Source: Phyllobates terribilis (lineage: Eukaryota). From it: DNA of 64,000 nt. The stretch lies in assembly GCF_046119375.1 (NCBI RefSeq), contig NW_027362763.1, positions 108,128,001 through 108,192,000 on the forward strand. The letters run 5' to 3'. Below, one piece after another: positions 52,561 through 64,000 of this stretch. How positions within the stretch are numbered: the stretch's first letter is position 1; each line of letters opens with the position of its first letter. Position numbers and translations under genes: made by a program. Below the pieces are notes generated by a model. That model saw nothing but the letters and a program-made list of their open reading frames with translations. It was not told the origin of the DNA and searched no databases.

Positions 52561-53526
52561 GAAATAATAAAAATTAAAATTTAGGTTTTTAGGAGCAAAA
52601 CAGTAATAATGCAGTGACATGACAAGAATCTGCATAACTAATCATATGCTAAATAGTTGAAAGTCAAATTTATGTATGAGATAGCCAAGATGATGTCTAT
52701 AACATGATTGTAGTCTCAAGTTGGAAGCAGTAGTGGATGGTGAGATATGGAGCCTGAAAGTCAAAAGTTCAAAGCATTGTTACTACTGTTGAGCGAGCAT
52801 GCTCGACACTGCTCGGTACTCGCCCGAGCATCACGCTACTCGGGATGTTCGGCGAGCACCGAGCATTTCCGGGTTACTCGGGCGGGAGCTCGGGTCTCCG
52901 CCCTGCATGTTTGGCGCTCTTTACAGAGCCAATGAACATGCAGGGATTGCCAGCCAGTCACTGTAATGCCGCAGCCATGTTGCTTGTGGGCATTACAGTG
53001 ATTGGCTGGCCGCACAGCGTCACCTCGAGTATTTAAAACCGGGCGCCGCCATCTTGGACACAGTCGCTCCGGATTAGACAGTGTAGGGACAGCGCTGCTG
53101 ATTTAGGGAGAGATATAAACTGCGAAATAGTTAGTGTAGGGTCTGTAAAGGCTGCCAGAACAAACAAACAGTCCTTTTCAGGACTAATATCCATCCCAGA
53201 TATCAGGCAGGCAGGCTGTATAGGACAGTGGTCCCCAACCTTTTTTGCACCAGGGACCGGCTTGAAGCAAGATCATTTTTCCATGGCCCAGCAAGGAGGG
53301 GGTGGGGTGGGCGGGGCTTTGGTCATATGGGGGCGGGGTAATGGAGGGATTTGGAGTTTAGTGCATACTTATCATATAGTGTAGACCAGGTCCCCGCCAG
53401 GAGCTATGCCAGGAGCCCCACATAATGTGCTGTGCCAGGAGCCGCATCACTGAGGCCCCATCACGCCCTGCAGCAGGACAGGGCAGCTGTCCTGACAGCT
53501 GCTGTTCAGCTGCATTTACTTCATCC

Positions 53527-55103
53527 CAGGGGCGGACACAGACTGTAGTGGGCCCCTGTGCAAGAAATTTTTGGGGGCCCCCCCCGCCCTTCATAAGGCA
53601 ACAAAGTTATGTAAACATAACCCCCCCCATGTGCATCTCTCACCCCCCTATGTGCAGCTCACCCCCCGTGCATCTCTCATCCCCCTCCGTGCATCTCTCA
53701 CCCCCCCGTGCATCTCTCATCCACCCCCCGTGCATCTCTCATCCCCCCCGTGCATCTCTCATCCACCCCCCGTGCATCTCTCATCCCCTCCGTGCATCTC
53801 TCATCCCCCCCGTGCATCTCTCATCCCCCCGTGCATCTCTCATCCCCCCCGTGCATCTCTCATCCCCCCGTGCATCTCTCATCCCCCCCGTGCATCTCTC
53901 ATCCCCCTCCGTGCATCTCTCATCCACCCCCTGTGCATCTCTCATCCCCTCCGTGCATCTCTCACCCCCCCGTGCATCTCTCATCCACCCCCCATGCATC
54001 TCTCATCCCCTCCGTGCATCTCTCATCCCCCCCGTGCATCTCTCACCCCCCCGTGCATCTCTCATCCCCCCCGTGCATCTCTCATCCCCCCCGTGCATCT
54101 CTCACCCCCCCGTGCATCTCTCATCTCTCCCCTCCCCCCCATGTGCATCTCTCATCTCTCCCCTCCCCCCATGTGCATCTCTCATCTCTCCCCTCCCCCC
54201 ATGTGCATCTCTCATCTCTCCCCTCCCCCCATGTGCATCTCTCATATCTCCCCTCCCCCCATGTGCATCTCTCCCCTCCCCCCATGTGCATCTCTCATCT
54301 CTCCCCCCCATGTGCATCTCTCATCTCTCCCCTCCCCCCCATGTGCATCTCTCATCTCTCCCCTCCCCCATGTGCATCTCTCATCTCTCCCCTCCCCCAT
54401 TTTTATCTCTCATCGCTCCCCTCCCCCCATGTGCATCTCTCATCTCTCCCCTCCCCCCCATGTGCATCTCTCATCTCTCCCCTCCCCCCATGTGCATCTC
54501 TCATCTCTCCCCTCCCCCCCATGTGCATCTCTCATCTCTCCCCTCCCCCCATGTGCATCTCTCATCTCTCCCCTCCCCCCCATGTGCATCTCTCATCTCT
54601 CCCCTCCCCCCCATGTGCATCTCTCATCTCTCCCCTCCCCCCCATGTGGATCTCTCATCTCTCCCCTCCCCCATGTGCATCTCTCATCTCTCCCCTCCCC
54701 CCATGTGCATCTCCCATTCCCCCCACTCCTAGTTAATTGTATTTAAAAAAAAATAAAACTTGTTATACTTACCCCCATGCGATCCCTGCAGAATCCTGGC
54801 GCTCGTCCAAATCGCTGACACCAGGTTCTCCTGCCTTCCGGTCATGTGACGGCGCCGTCACATGACCGGAAGTCAGAGGAATTATGAGATGTCCTGGACC
54901 CGGCGCTTTGCATGGGGCCGGGGGCCCCATGAGGAGAGAGACGCACAAGAGGGGGGCTCCGAGGGGGCTCCTACCGGCCGGGCCCCATACTGGAGTCAGG
55001 GCAGTCATGCCCTGATGGCGGCCCTGCTGGAGGCTGGAGGGGACCCTCTCCCTCAGGGCCCCTGTTCAATGAACTGGCTGCACGGGCGGTAGTTCCGCCC
55101 CTG
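53527..55103. mobile_element. hAT MITE (CAGGGGCGGA...TCCGCCCCTG), third nesting level
   Basis: Exact 8-bp TSD CTTCATCC at 53519-26 and 55104-11. Confidence 0.92.
53620..54725. repeat. C-rich minisatellite (~20-bp units grading into ~31-bp units)
   Basis: cccccccgtgcatctctcat, then ctcatctctcccctcccccccatgtgcatct. This is the source of the spurious Pro-rich ORFs. Confidence 0.95.
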
Positions 55104-56169
55104 CTTCATCCTGCTTCAGGACCTGTGGTGACATCACAGTTATGTACCTTGATGTCATCACAGGTCCTCTACAGGTCTACCCTGCGGGAGTCTAGAACAG
55201 GGGGCAGCATCCACCCCACACAGTGTGCTCTGAGCCACCGCAGACCAGAGCACACTGTCAATGTTTAGTGATTGTCTGTGGCGGTGCCGCGGACCGGCTG
55301 AAAAACCCCAACGGCCCGGTCCTGGTCCGCGGACCGGCGGTTGGGGACCTCTGGTATAGGAGACACAGTGGTTATACCAGCAAACGTTGCACTACAGTCC
55401 TGTGTGCTCCTGTTGCTGAAATTGCTGGACTTAGCACCAGGTGTCGGGGGCCAGGAAAAATCCTTTTTTTTTCATCTAAATCCTCCTTTTTTTTTCCTCC
55501 TTCACACTGTACAAATACCCGTCTTATTAACCTTTTGGTGTGTCCCCCCCCCCCAAAAAAAAGCGTGTCTCTGATTTGTCAGACACAAATATAACTGTTG
55601 AAAATAGTCTGGTGTAGGCTAGAGAAACAGAAGTGTTGTTTTGCACTTCCACGGTTCAAACCTCTGTATTATCCATTTTGGGCCATTTGTATCTAAAAAA
55701 AAAACAGTTTGAGTGTGTCGCTCACTGTTCAGCCGCAAATATCTCTATTTAAAAAAGTGTGGTATACCCCAGTAAACAATAACTGTGGTTTTGCCATCCC
55801 ACGGTAAAAAATCTCTATTATTCAGCTTTTGGTAGTTTTTTCCGTAAAGAAAAACAGTAGTGTCTCCTGACTGTTGTGACACAAAAATATATCTGTTGAA
55901 AATAGTCTTGTGTAGGCCCGACATCCCAGTGTGGTTTCGCAGTTCCACGGGTCAAATCGCTGTACTATCCAGTTTTGGGCCTTTGGTATCTAAAAAAAAG
56001 CAGTTTGAGTGTGTCGCTCACTGTTCAGCCGCAAATATCTCTATTTAAAAAAGTGTGGTATACCCCAGTAAACAATAACTGTGGTTTTCCTCTTCCACGG
56101 TTCCAATCTACTCTTTATTACCCTTTTTCCATTGATAGTGCAAGTGTAAGCTATTTTACTTCATTTACA

Positions 56170-59100
56170 ATGGGCAAGGCGCGTGGCAAGGGACGTGGAA
56201 GTGGACGTTCTGGTGATGGTTCGTGCAGAGGACGGGGCCGTGGCCAAGGTGAAAATGTGCCACAACCAACAGCCACATCTTCTCGCTCCCACTTTTTGAC
56301 CGAATTGCTAGGGAAGCACAGAACAACACCAGTATTGAGAACTGATCAGTGTGAACAGGTTATTAATTGGATAGCAGATAATACTTCCAGTTACCTGGGC
56401 ACCACCACCTCCGGTCTGTCTTCCACACGGTCAACTCTTAGTAGCCGTGAGTCTCGACCGCATACTCCTCCTCACCCTGATGCTCCTTCCTCCCACCTTG
56501 CTGAGTGTCGTCAGACAGCAAGTGATCCCACACTTGGACACGCTGAAGAGCTGTTCACTGGTCCATTTCCATATTTGGGCCCCTCGCCTGATACGCTTGA
56601 AGTGGTGGAAGAGGAGATCCCATGTTGCGATGCCCAAATATTTGAACAGCCACGGCCACAGGAAGTCGACATTGGCAATCTGTCACAAGAGGTAGACGAT
56701 GACGAGACACAATTGCCAGGAAGTGAGGAGGAGGATCGTGGTGCGCAAGTGGAAGAGGAGGAGGTGGTGGATGATCTAGTAACTGACCCAACGTGGAAGG
56801 AGGACATGCAGAGTGAGGCCAGCAGCACACAGGGGGAGGGAGGCAGAGTACCCCAACAGGCAGGAAGAAGCAGTGTGGTGGCCGCTGACAGAAGGCAGGC
56901 AACCGTTCCCCGTAACACCAACACGAGGGACGTTGCCAGTACAAGCGGTAGATCTTCCAGAGTCTGGAATTTTTTTAAAGACTCTGCTGATAACCCCAAA
57001 AAGGCCATAGTTCCACCATCCATGCCAGCATCGGCAGGGGTGACAAAACTACCAGCCTGACCACCACCAGCATGATCAGGCACATGGCAGCAAAGCACCC
57101 GACTTTGTGGGGCGAAACCCAGGGTCCACGACCAGTGTCAGCGGGTGTCACCACTGCTTCTTCCACTGTTGTGCGTGCAATAGAACCCCCTGTTGTGTGT
57201 GCAAGGCAATCCCCTGTCCATACTGCATGTAAAGATGCCCCCTCCTCTCAGTCTTCACTTGTTATGGCAGTTTCTCAAGAAACGGCATCAACGTCCACGT
57301 CCACGTCCCATCGCAGGGTTCAATTGTCCATATCCCAGACCTTTGAACGAAAGCGGAAATTCGCAGCTAACGCCCCGCAGGCCACAGTCCTAAATTCGCA
57401 CATTTCACGACTGCTTGCGTTGGAAATGCTGCCTTTTTGGCTGGTGGAGACGGAATCCTTCCGCAATCTTATGGCGGTTGCCGTCCCTCGGTACTCGGTC
57501 CCCAGCCGACACTATTTTGCCCGGTGTGCCATCCCCGCACTACACAAGCACGTGTCCCAAAGCATCTGCCGTGCCCTCAACAACGCAGTTACTGGGAGAG
57601 TCCACCTGACAACGGACACGTGGACAAGTGCTTGTGGCCAGGGATGGTACATCTCTCTGACGGCACACTGGGTAAACATAGTGGAAGCCGGGACCCAGTC
57701 GGACCTTGGGACGGAACACATCCTCCCCACACCGAGGATTGCGGGCCCTATGTCAGTCAGAGTTGCCCCCACAGTGTACAGCTCCTGCGCATCCTCCTCC
57801 TCCTCCTCATGTTCAGCCTCCATCTCAGATATCACCACATCAGTTACAAGCTGGAAGCATTGCAGTACTGCCTCCGCCAAGCGGCAACAGGCTGTGCTGA
57901 AACTCATAAGCTTAGGTGATAAACCTCACACTGCTTGTGAGTTGTGGACAGCTGTGAAAGAGCAGGCAGATCTGTGGCTGAGACCGCTGAACCTACATCC
58001 AGGCATGGTCGTGTGTGACAATGGCCGTAACCTGGTGGCGGCTCTGAGGCGAGGTGAGATCACACACGTACCATGCCTGGCTCATGTGCTTAACCTCGTG
58101 GTTCAGCGGTTTCTTAAATCGTACCCCGAGTTGCCAGATCTGCTCGTGAAAGTACGCCGCCTGTCAGCTCATTTTCGCAAGTTGGCTACAGCTTCCGCCG
58201 CCCTTGCTGTGTTGCAGCAGCGTTTGCAGCTTCCGGCACACCGACTGGTGTGTGATGTCCCCACACGTTGGAACTCTACCCTCCACATGTTGCAAAGGAT
58301 TTGTGAGCAGAAGAGAGCAGTTGTGGAGTACCAGCTGCAACAAGGCCGTCGATATTCAGGTCAGACTCCACACATAAGACCTCAGGAGTGGACCTGGATG
58401 TCTGACATATGTACCATCCTGACAAACTTTGAGGAGGCCACCAAGATGGTGAGTGGCGATGACGCCATCATTAGTGTCAGCATTCCACTTGTCTGTCTTT
58501 TGCAACACTCTCTGCAGAGAATTAAAGAGGAGGCATTGCAGCCAGAGTATGATGAGATGGATCAAGAAGCCGTAGCGGGCGATTACACACAGCCCAGCCT
58601 CATCTCATCCCAACGTGCATTGGGGGACAATGAGGGAGAGGAGGAAGAGGAGCAGGAGGAGGAAGAACAGGAGCTGCTATCATGCGTTGTAGACGGTAGT
58701 ACCTGTACAAGTGTCATACCGTCGGTTCAGCGTGGGTGGCCTGAGGACAGGGGGGAGGAGTAAGAGGAGGAGGAGAGCATGGTCAGTCGTCATCTTGGTG
58801 AGGACACGGAAATCTTGCCCGTTACCCGTCTGGCACGCATGGCTGACTTTATGTTACGCTGCCTTAACCGTGACCCTCGCGTTGTCAAAATGTTGGGTGA
58901 CAGTCATTACTGGTCGGTGACACTTGTAGACCCCCGCTACAAGGAGAACTTTCACTCTCTTATTCCTGAGGTGGAGAGGTCTACAAAAATGGGGCAGTAC
59001 CAGAAGGCCCTTGCTGCAGAACTCTAAAAAAAATTCCCATCTGAACACGGTAACGGCAGAGGTCACAGTTCGTTGCCTAAGGAGTACAGGCTAGAGAGAT

Positions 59101-59527
59101 GCAACTCCAGTCCAGCAGAGGCAGGGTAACACTGTCAATGTTCTGGGACGGTTTTCTGACACCCGCCCAGCTTACAGGCCCTGAGGCGTGGGGTACTCTC
59201 ACAAGGAGTGGAAAGTTTCAAAAGATGGTGAGGGAGTACCTTGCCGACCGTACCAGCGTCCTCCGTGATTCCTCTGTGCCTTTTAATTATTGGGTATCCA
59301 AGCTGGACACTTGGAATGAACTCGCTCTGTACGCCTTGGAGGTCCTGGCCTGCCCTGCCGCTAGCATGTTATCGGAACGTGTTTTTAGTGCCGCTGGGGG
59401 AATTACAACTGATAAGCGCACTCGCCTGTCAACTGACAATGCTGACAAGCTGACCCTTATCAAAATGAACAAGGGCTGGATTGGGCCAGACTTCTCATCA
59501 CCACCAAATGACAGCAGAGTGACATAA
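56170..59527 (+). pseudogene. hAT transposase (BED finger, DDE, dimerisation domain), disrupted
   Basis: VWNFF...RHMAAKH (BED), HLTTDTWTS, VVCDNGRNL, PCLAHVLNL, CDVPTRWNST and ACPAASMLSERVFS. Frameshift at ~57010, in-frame TAA at 58761 and a stop/frameshift at ~59027. Confidence 0.93.
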
Positions 59528-59669
59528 AGTCAAATCCACTGTGTTATTTCGGGAGGTGTATTCACATGCACCGCTTCACACCCACACATGGGTATACGCT
59601 TCCTCGTTTCGGCTGTTTTATCTTCTTCTCCTTATCCTCAGCCTCCACCACCACTATACCATCAGGGTG

Positions 59670-62600
59670 CCAGCATTGCAAGTTCCTCCGTCCTTATTTT
59701 TGGCAGCTTTTGCTTGCAAGGCATAAGGAAATACTATGGGACACCCACTCCCCAATAATGGGACTTATGTTTGTAATATGCTGTACTGCATGGCTCTTGT
59801 AAGGGGCATTGCAAGTTGCTCCGTCCTAATTTTTGGCAGCTTTTGCTTGGAAAGCATAAGCAAGTACTATGGGAGACCCACTCCCCAATAATGGGACTTA
59901 TGTTTGTAATATGCTGTACTGCATGGCTCTTGTAAGGGGCATTGCAAGTTGCTCCGTCCTAATTTTTGGCAGCTTTTGCTTGGAAAGCATAAGCAAATAC
60001 TAGGGGAGACCCACTCCCCAATAATGGGACTTATGTTTGTAATATGCTGTACTGCATGGCTCTTGTAAGGGGCATTGCAAGTTGCTCCTTCCTAATTTTT
60101 GGCAGCTTTTGCTTGCAAGGCATAAGCAAATACTATGGGACACCCACTCCCCAATAATGGGACTTATGTTTGTAATATGCTGTACTGCATGGCTCTTGTA
60201 AGGGGCATTGCAAGTTGCTCCGTCCTAATTTTTGGCAGCTTTTGCTTGGAAAGCATAAGCAAATACTATGGGAGACCCACTCCCCAATAATGGGACTTAT
60301 GTTTGTAATATGCTGTACTGCATGGCTCTTGTAAGGGGCATTGCAAGTTGCTCCATCCTAATTTTTGGCAGCTTTTGCTTGGAAAGCATAAGCAAATACT
60401 ATGGGACACCCACTCCCCAATAATGGGACTTATGTTTGTAATATGCTGTACTGCATGGCTCTTGTAAGGGGCATTGCAAGTTGCTCCGTCCTAATTTTTG
60501 GCAGCTTTTGCTTGCAAAGCATAAGCAAATACTATGGGACACCCACTCCCCAATAATGGGACTTATGTTTTAATATGCTGTACTGCATGGCTCTTGTAAG
60601 GGGCATTGCAAGTTGCTCCGTCCTAATTTTTGGCAGCTTTTGCTTGCAAGGCATAAGCAAATACTATGGGAGACCCACTCCCCAATAATGGGACTTATGT
60701 TTGTAATATGCTGTACTGCATGGCTCTTGTAAGGGGCATTGCAAGTTGCTCCTTCCTAATTTTTGTCAGCTTTTGCTTGCAAGGCATAAGCAAATACTAT
60801 GGGACACCCACTCCCCAATAATGGGACTTATGTTTGTAATATGCTGTACTGCATGGCTCTTGTAAGGGGCATTGCAAGTTGCTCCGTCCTAATTTTTGGC
60901 AGCTTTTGCTTGCAAGGCATAAGCAAATACTATGGGAGACCCACTCCCCAATAATGGGACTTATGTTTGTAATATGCTGTACTGCATGGCTCTTGTAAGG
61001 GGCATTGCAAGTTGCTCCGTCCTAATTTTTGGCAGCTTTTGCTTGGAAAGCATAAGCAAATACTATGGGAGACCGACTCCCCAATAATGGGACTTATGTT
61101 TGTAATATGCTGTACTGCATGGCTCTTTTAAGGGGCATTGCAAGTTGCTCCGTCCTAATTTTTGGCAGCTTTTGCTTGGAAAGCATAAGCAAATACTATG
61201 GGAGACCCACTCCCCAATAATGGGACTTATGTTTGTAATATGCTGTACTGCATGGCTCTTGTAAGGGCCATTGCAAGTTGCTCCGTCCTAATTTTTGGCA
61301 GCTTTTGCTTGGAAAGCATAAGCAAATACTAGGGGAGACCCACTCCCCAATAATGGGACTTATGTTTGTAATATGCTGTACTGCATGGCTCTTGTAAGGG
61401 GCATTGCAAGTTGCTCCTTCCTAATTTTTGTCAGCTTTTGCTTGCAAGGCATAAGCAAATACTATGGGACACCCACTCCCCAATAATGGGACTTATGTTT
61501 GTAATATGCTGTACTGCATGGCTCTTGTAAGGGGCATTGCAAGTTGCTCCATCCTAATTTTTGGCAGCTTTTGCTTGGAAAGCATAAGCAAATACTATGG
61601 GAGACCCACTCCCCAATAATGGGACTTATGTTTGTAATATGCTGTACTGCATGGCTCTTGTAAGGGGCATTGCAAGTTGCTCCGTCCTAATTTTTGGCAG
61701 CTTTTGCTTGCAAGGCATAAGCAAATACTATGGGAGACCCACTCCCCAATAATGGGACTTATGTTTGTAATATGCTGTACAGCATGGCTCTTGTAAGGGG
61801 CATTGCAAGTTGCTCCGTCCTAATTTTTGGCAGCTTTTGCTTGGAAAGCATAAGCAAATACTAGGGGACACCCACTCCCCAATAATGGGACTTATGTTTG
61901 TAATATGCTGTACTGCATGGCTCTTGTAAGGGGCATTGCAAGTTGCTCCGTCCTAATTTTTGGCAGCTTTTGCTTGGAAAGCACAAGCAAATACTATGGG
62001 AGACCCACTCCCCAGTAATGGGACTTATGTTTGTAATATGCTGTACTGCATGGCTCTTGTAAAGGGCATTGCAAGTTGCTCCGTCCTAATTTTTGGCAGC
62101 TTTTGCTTGGAAAGCATAAGCAAATACTATGGGAGACCCACTCCCCAATAATGGGACTTATGTTTGTAATATGCTGTATTGCATGGCTCTTGTAAGGGGC
62201 GTTGCAAGTTGCTCCGTCCTAATTTTTGGCAGCTTTTGCTTGCAAGGCATAAGCAAATACTATGGGAGACCCACTCCCCAATAATGGGACTTATGTTTGT
62301 AATATGCTGTATTGCATGGCTCTTGTAAGGGGCATTGCAAGTTGCTCCGTCCTAATTTTTGGCAGCTTTTGCTTGCAAGGCATAAGCAAATACTATGGGA
62401 CACCCACTCCCCAATAATGGGACTTATGTTTGTAATATGCTGTACTGCATGGCTCTTGTAAGGGGCATTGCAAGTTGCTCCATCCTAATTTTTGGCAGCT
62501 TTTGCTTGGAAAGCATAAGCAAATACTATGGGACACCCACTCCCCAATAATGGGACTTATGTTTGTAATATGCTGTACTGCATGGCTCTTGTAAGGGGCA

Positions 62601-64000
62601 TTGCAAGTTGCTCCGTCCTAATTTTTGGCAGCTTTTGCTTGCAAAGCATAAGCAAATACTATGGGACACCCACTCCCCAATAATGGGACTTATGTTTTAA
62701 TATGCTGTACTGCATGGCTCTTGTAAGGGGCATTGCAAGTTGCTCCGTCCTAATTTTTGGCAGCTTTTGCTTGCAAGGCATAAGCAAATACTATGGGAGA
62801 CCCACTCCCCAATAATGGGACTTATGTTTGTAATATGCTGTACTGCATGGCTCTTGTAAGGGACATTGCAAGTTGCTCCGTCCTAATTTTTGGCAGCTTT
62901 TGCTTGGAAAGCATAAGCAAATACTATGGGAGACCCACTCCCCAATAATGGGACTTATGTTTTAATATGCTGTACTGCATGGCTCTTGTAAGGGGCATTG
63001 CAAGTTGCTCCGTCCTAATTTTTGGCAGCTTTTGCTTGCAAGGCATAAGCAAATACTATGGGAGACCGACTCCCCAATAATGGGACTTATGTTTGTAATA
63101 TGCTGTACTGCATGGCTCTTGTAAGGGGTATTGCAAGTTGCTCCGTCCTAATTGTTGGCAGCTTTTGCTTGGAAAGCATAAGCAAATACTATGGGAGACC
63201 CACTCCCCAATAATGGGACTTATGTTTGTAATATGCTGTACTGCATGGCTCTTGTAAGGGCCATTGCAAGTTGCTCCGTCCTAATTTTAGGCAGCTTTTG
63301 CTTGGAAAGCATAAGCAAATACTAGGGGAGACCCACTCCCCAATAATGGGACTTATGTTTGTAATATGCTGTACTGCATGGCTCTTGTAAGGGGCATTGC
63401 AAGTTGCTCCTTCCTAATTTTTGTCAGCTTTTGCTTGCAAGGCATAAGCAAATACTATGGGACACCCACTCCCCAATAATGGGACTTATGTTTGTAATAT
63501 GCTGTACTGCATTGCTCTTGTAAGGGGCATTGCAAATTGCTCCATCCTAATTTTTAGCAGCTTTTGCTTGGAAAGCATAAGCAAATACTATGGGAGACCC
63601 ACTCCCCAATAATGGGACTTATGTTTGTAATATGCTGTACTGCATGGCTCTTGTAAGGGGCATTGCAAGTTGCTCCGTCCTAATTTTTGGCAGCTTTTGC
63701 TTGCAAGGCATAAGCAAATACTATGGGAGACCCACTCCCCAATAATGGGACTTATGTTTGTAATATGCTGTACTGCATGGCTCTTGTAAGGGGCATTGCA
63801 AGTTGCTCCGTCCTAATTTTTGGCAGCTTTTGCTTGCAAAGCATAAGCAAATACTATGGGACACCCACTCCCCAATAATGGGACTTATGTTTGTAATATG
63901 CTGTACTGCATGGCTCTTGTAAGGGGCATTGCAAGTTGCTCCGTCCTAATTTTTGGCAGCTTTTGCTTGCAAGGCATAAGCAAATACTATGGGAGACCCA
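59670..64000. repeat. 133-bp satellite array (~32 copies visible, runs off the window)
   Basis: ggacttatgt at 59761 and 59894 gives a period of 133; units are highly homogeneous. Confidence 0.98.

Larger units (their letters stand above)
53226..55353. mobile_element. hAT MITE (CAGTGGTCCCCAACC...GGTTGGGGACCTCTG) nested in the large hAT
   Basis: Exact 8-bp TSD GTATAGGA at 53218-25 and 55354-61. Confidence 0.92.
52784..64000 (+). mobile_element. Large hAT transposon (left end at 52784; right end beyond the window)
   Basis: The terminus TACTGTTGAGCG resembles the TAG(A/G)GATGAGCG TIR family. It is followed by nested MITEs, the transposase and the 133-bp satellite. Confidence 0.75.

Noticed and set aside
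53425-54746. 342-435 aa Pro/Ser/His-rich ORFs
   Set aside because: Same artefact: a C-rich minisatellite open in all three forward frames.
59670-64000. Regular arrays as CRISPR-like loci (also 48831-50977)
   Set aside because: Units are contiguous with no unique spacers, there are no cas genes, and the context is eukaryotic.

Overview
Vertebrate intronic/intergenic DNA, very repeat-rich. It is most likely from a frog, inferred from the transposon repertoire. One host gene is visible on the + strand: the 5' part of an ADGRF-family adhesion GPCR (GPR116/GPR110/GPR113-like). I reconstructed eight coding exons between 23917 and 51257 with consistent GT-AG phases. They encode a signal peptide, an RxxR site, a Cys-rich module, a SEA domain with GSVV and the first Ig domain. 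The rest is transposable elements and tandem arrays. These include five LTR loci of one Gypsy group, with two solo LTRs nested in each other and a chimeric pol-bearing copy. There are also Tc1 elements, a decayed hAT transposase element holding nested hAT MITEs and a 133-bp satellite, many Harbinger, T2/Kolobok and hAT MITEs, and L1, RTE and CR1 fragments. Two observations stand out. (1) The Gypsy LTRs carry a second PBS-like site plus a match to the tRNA 5' end. Antisense, these form a tRNA-Ser acceptor-stem/CCA mimic, and the motif appears to switch isoacceptor between subfamilies. (2) One LTR element carries a cold-shock-domain ORF in place of recognisable gag-pol. All coordinates were read by eye; tRNA and family assignments rest on recalled consensus sequences and were not database-checked.
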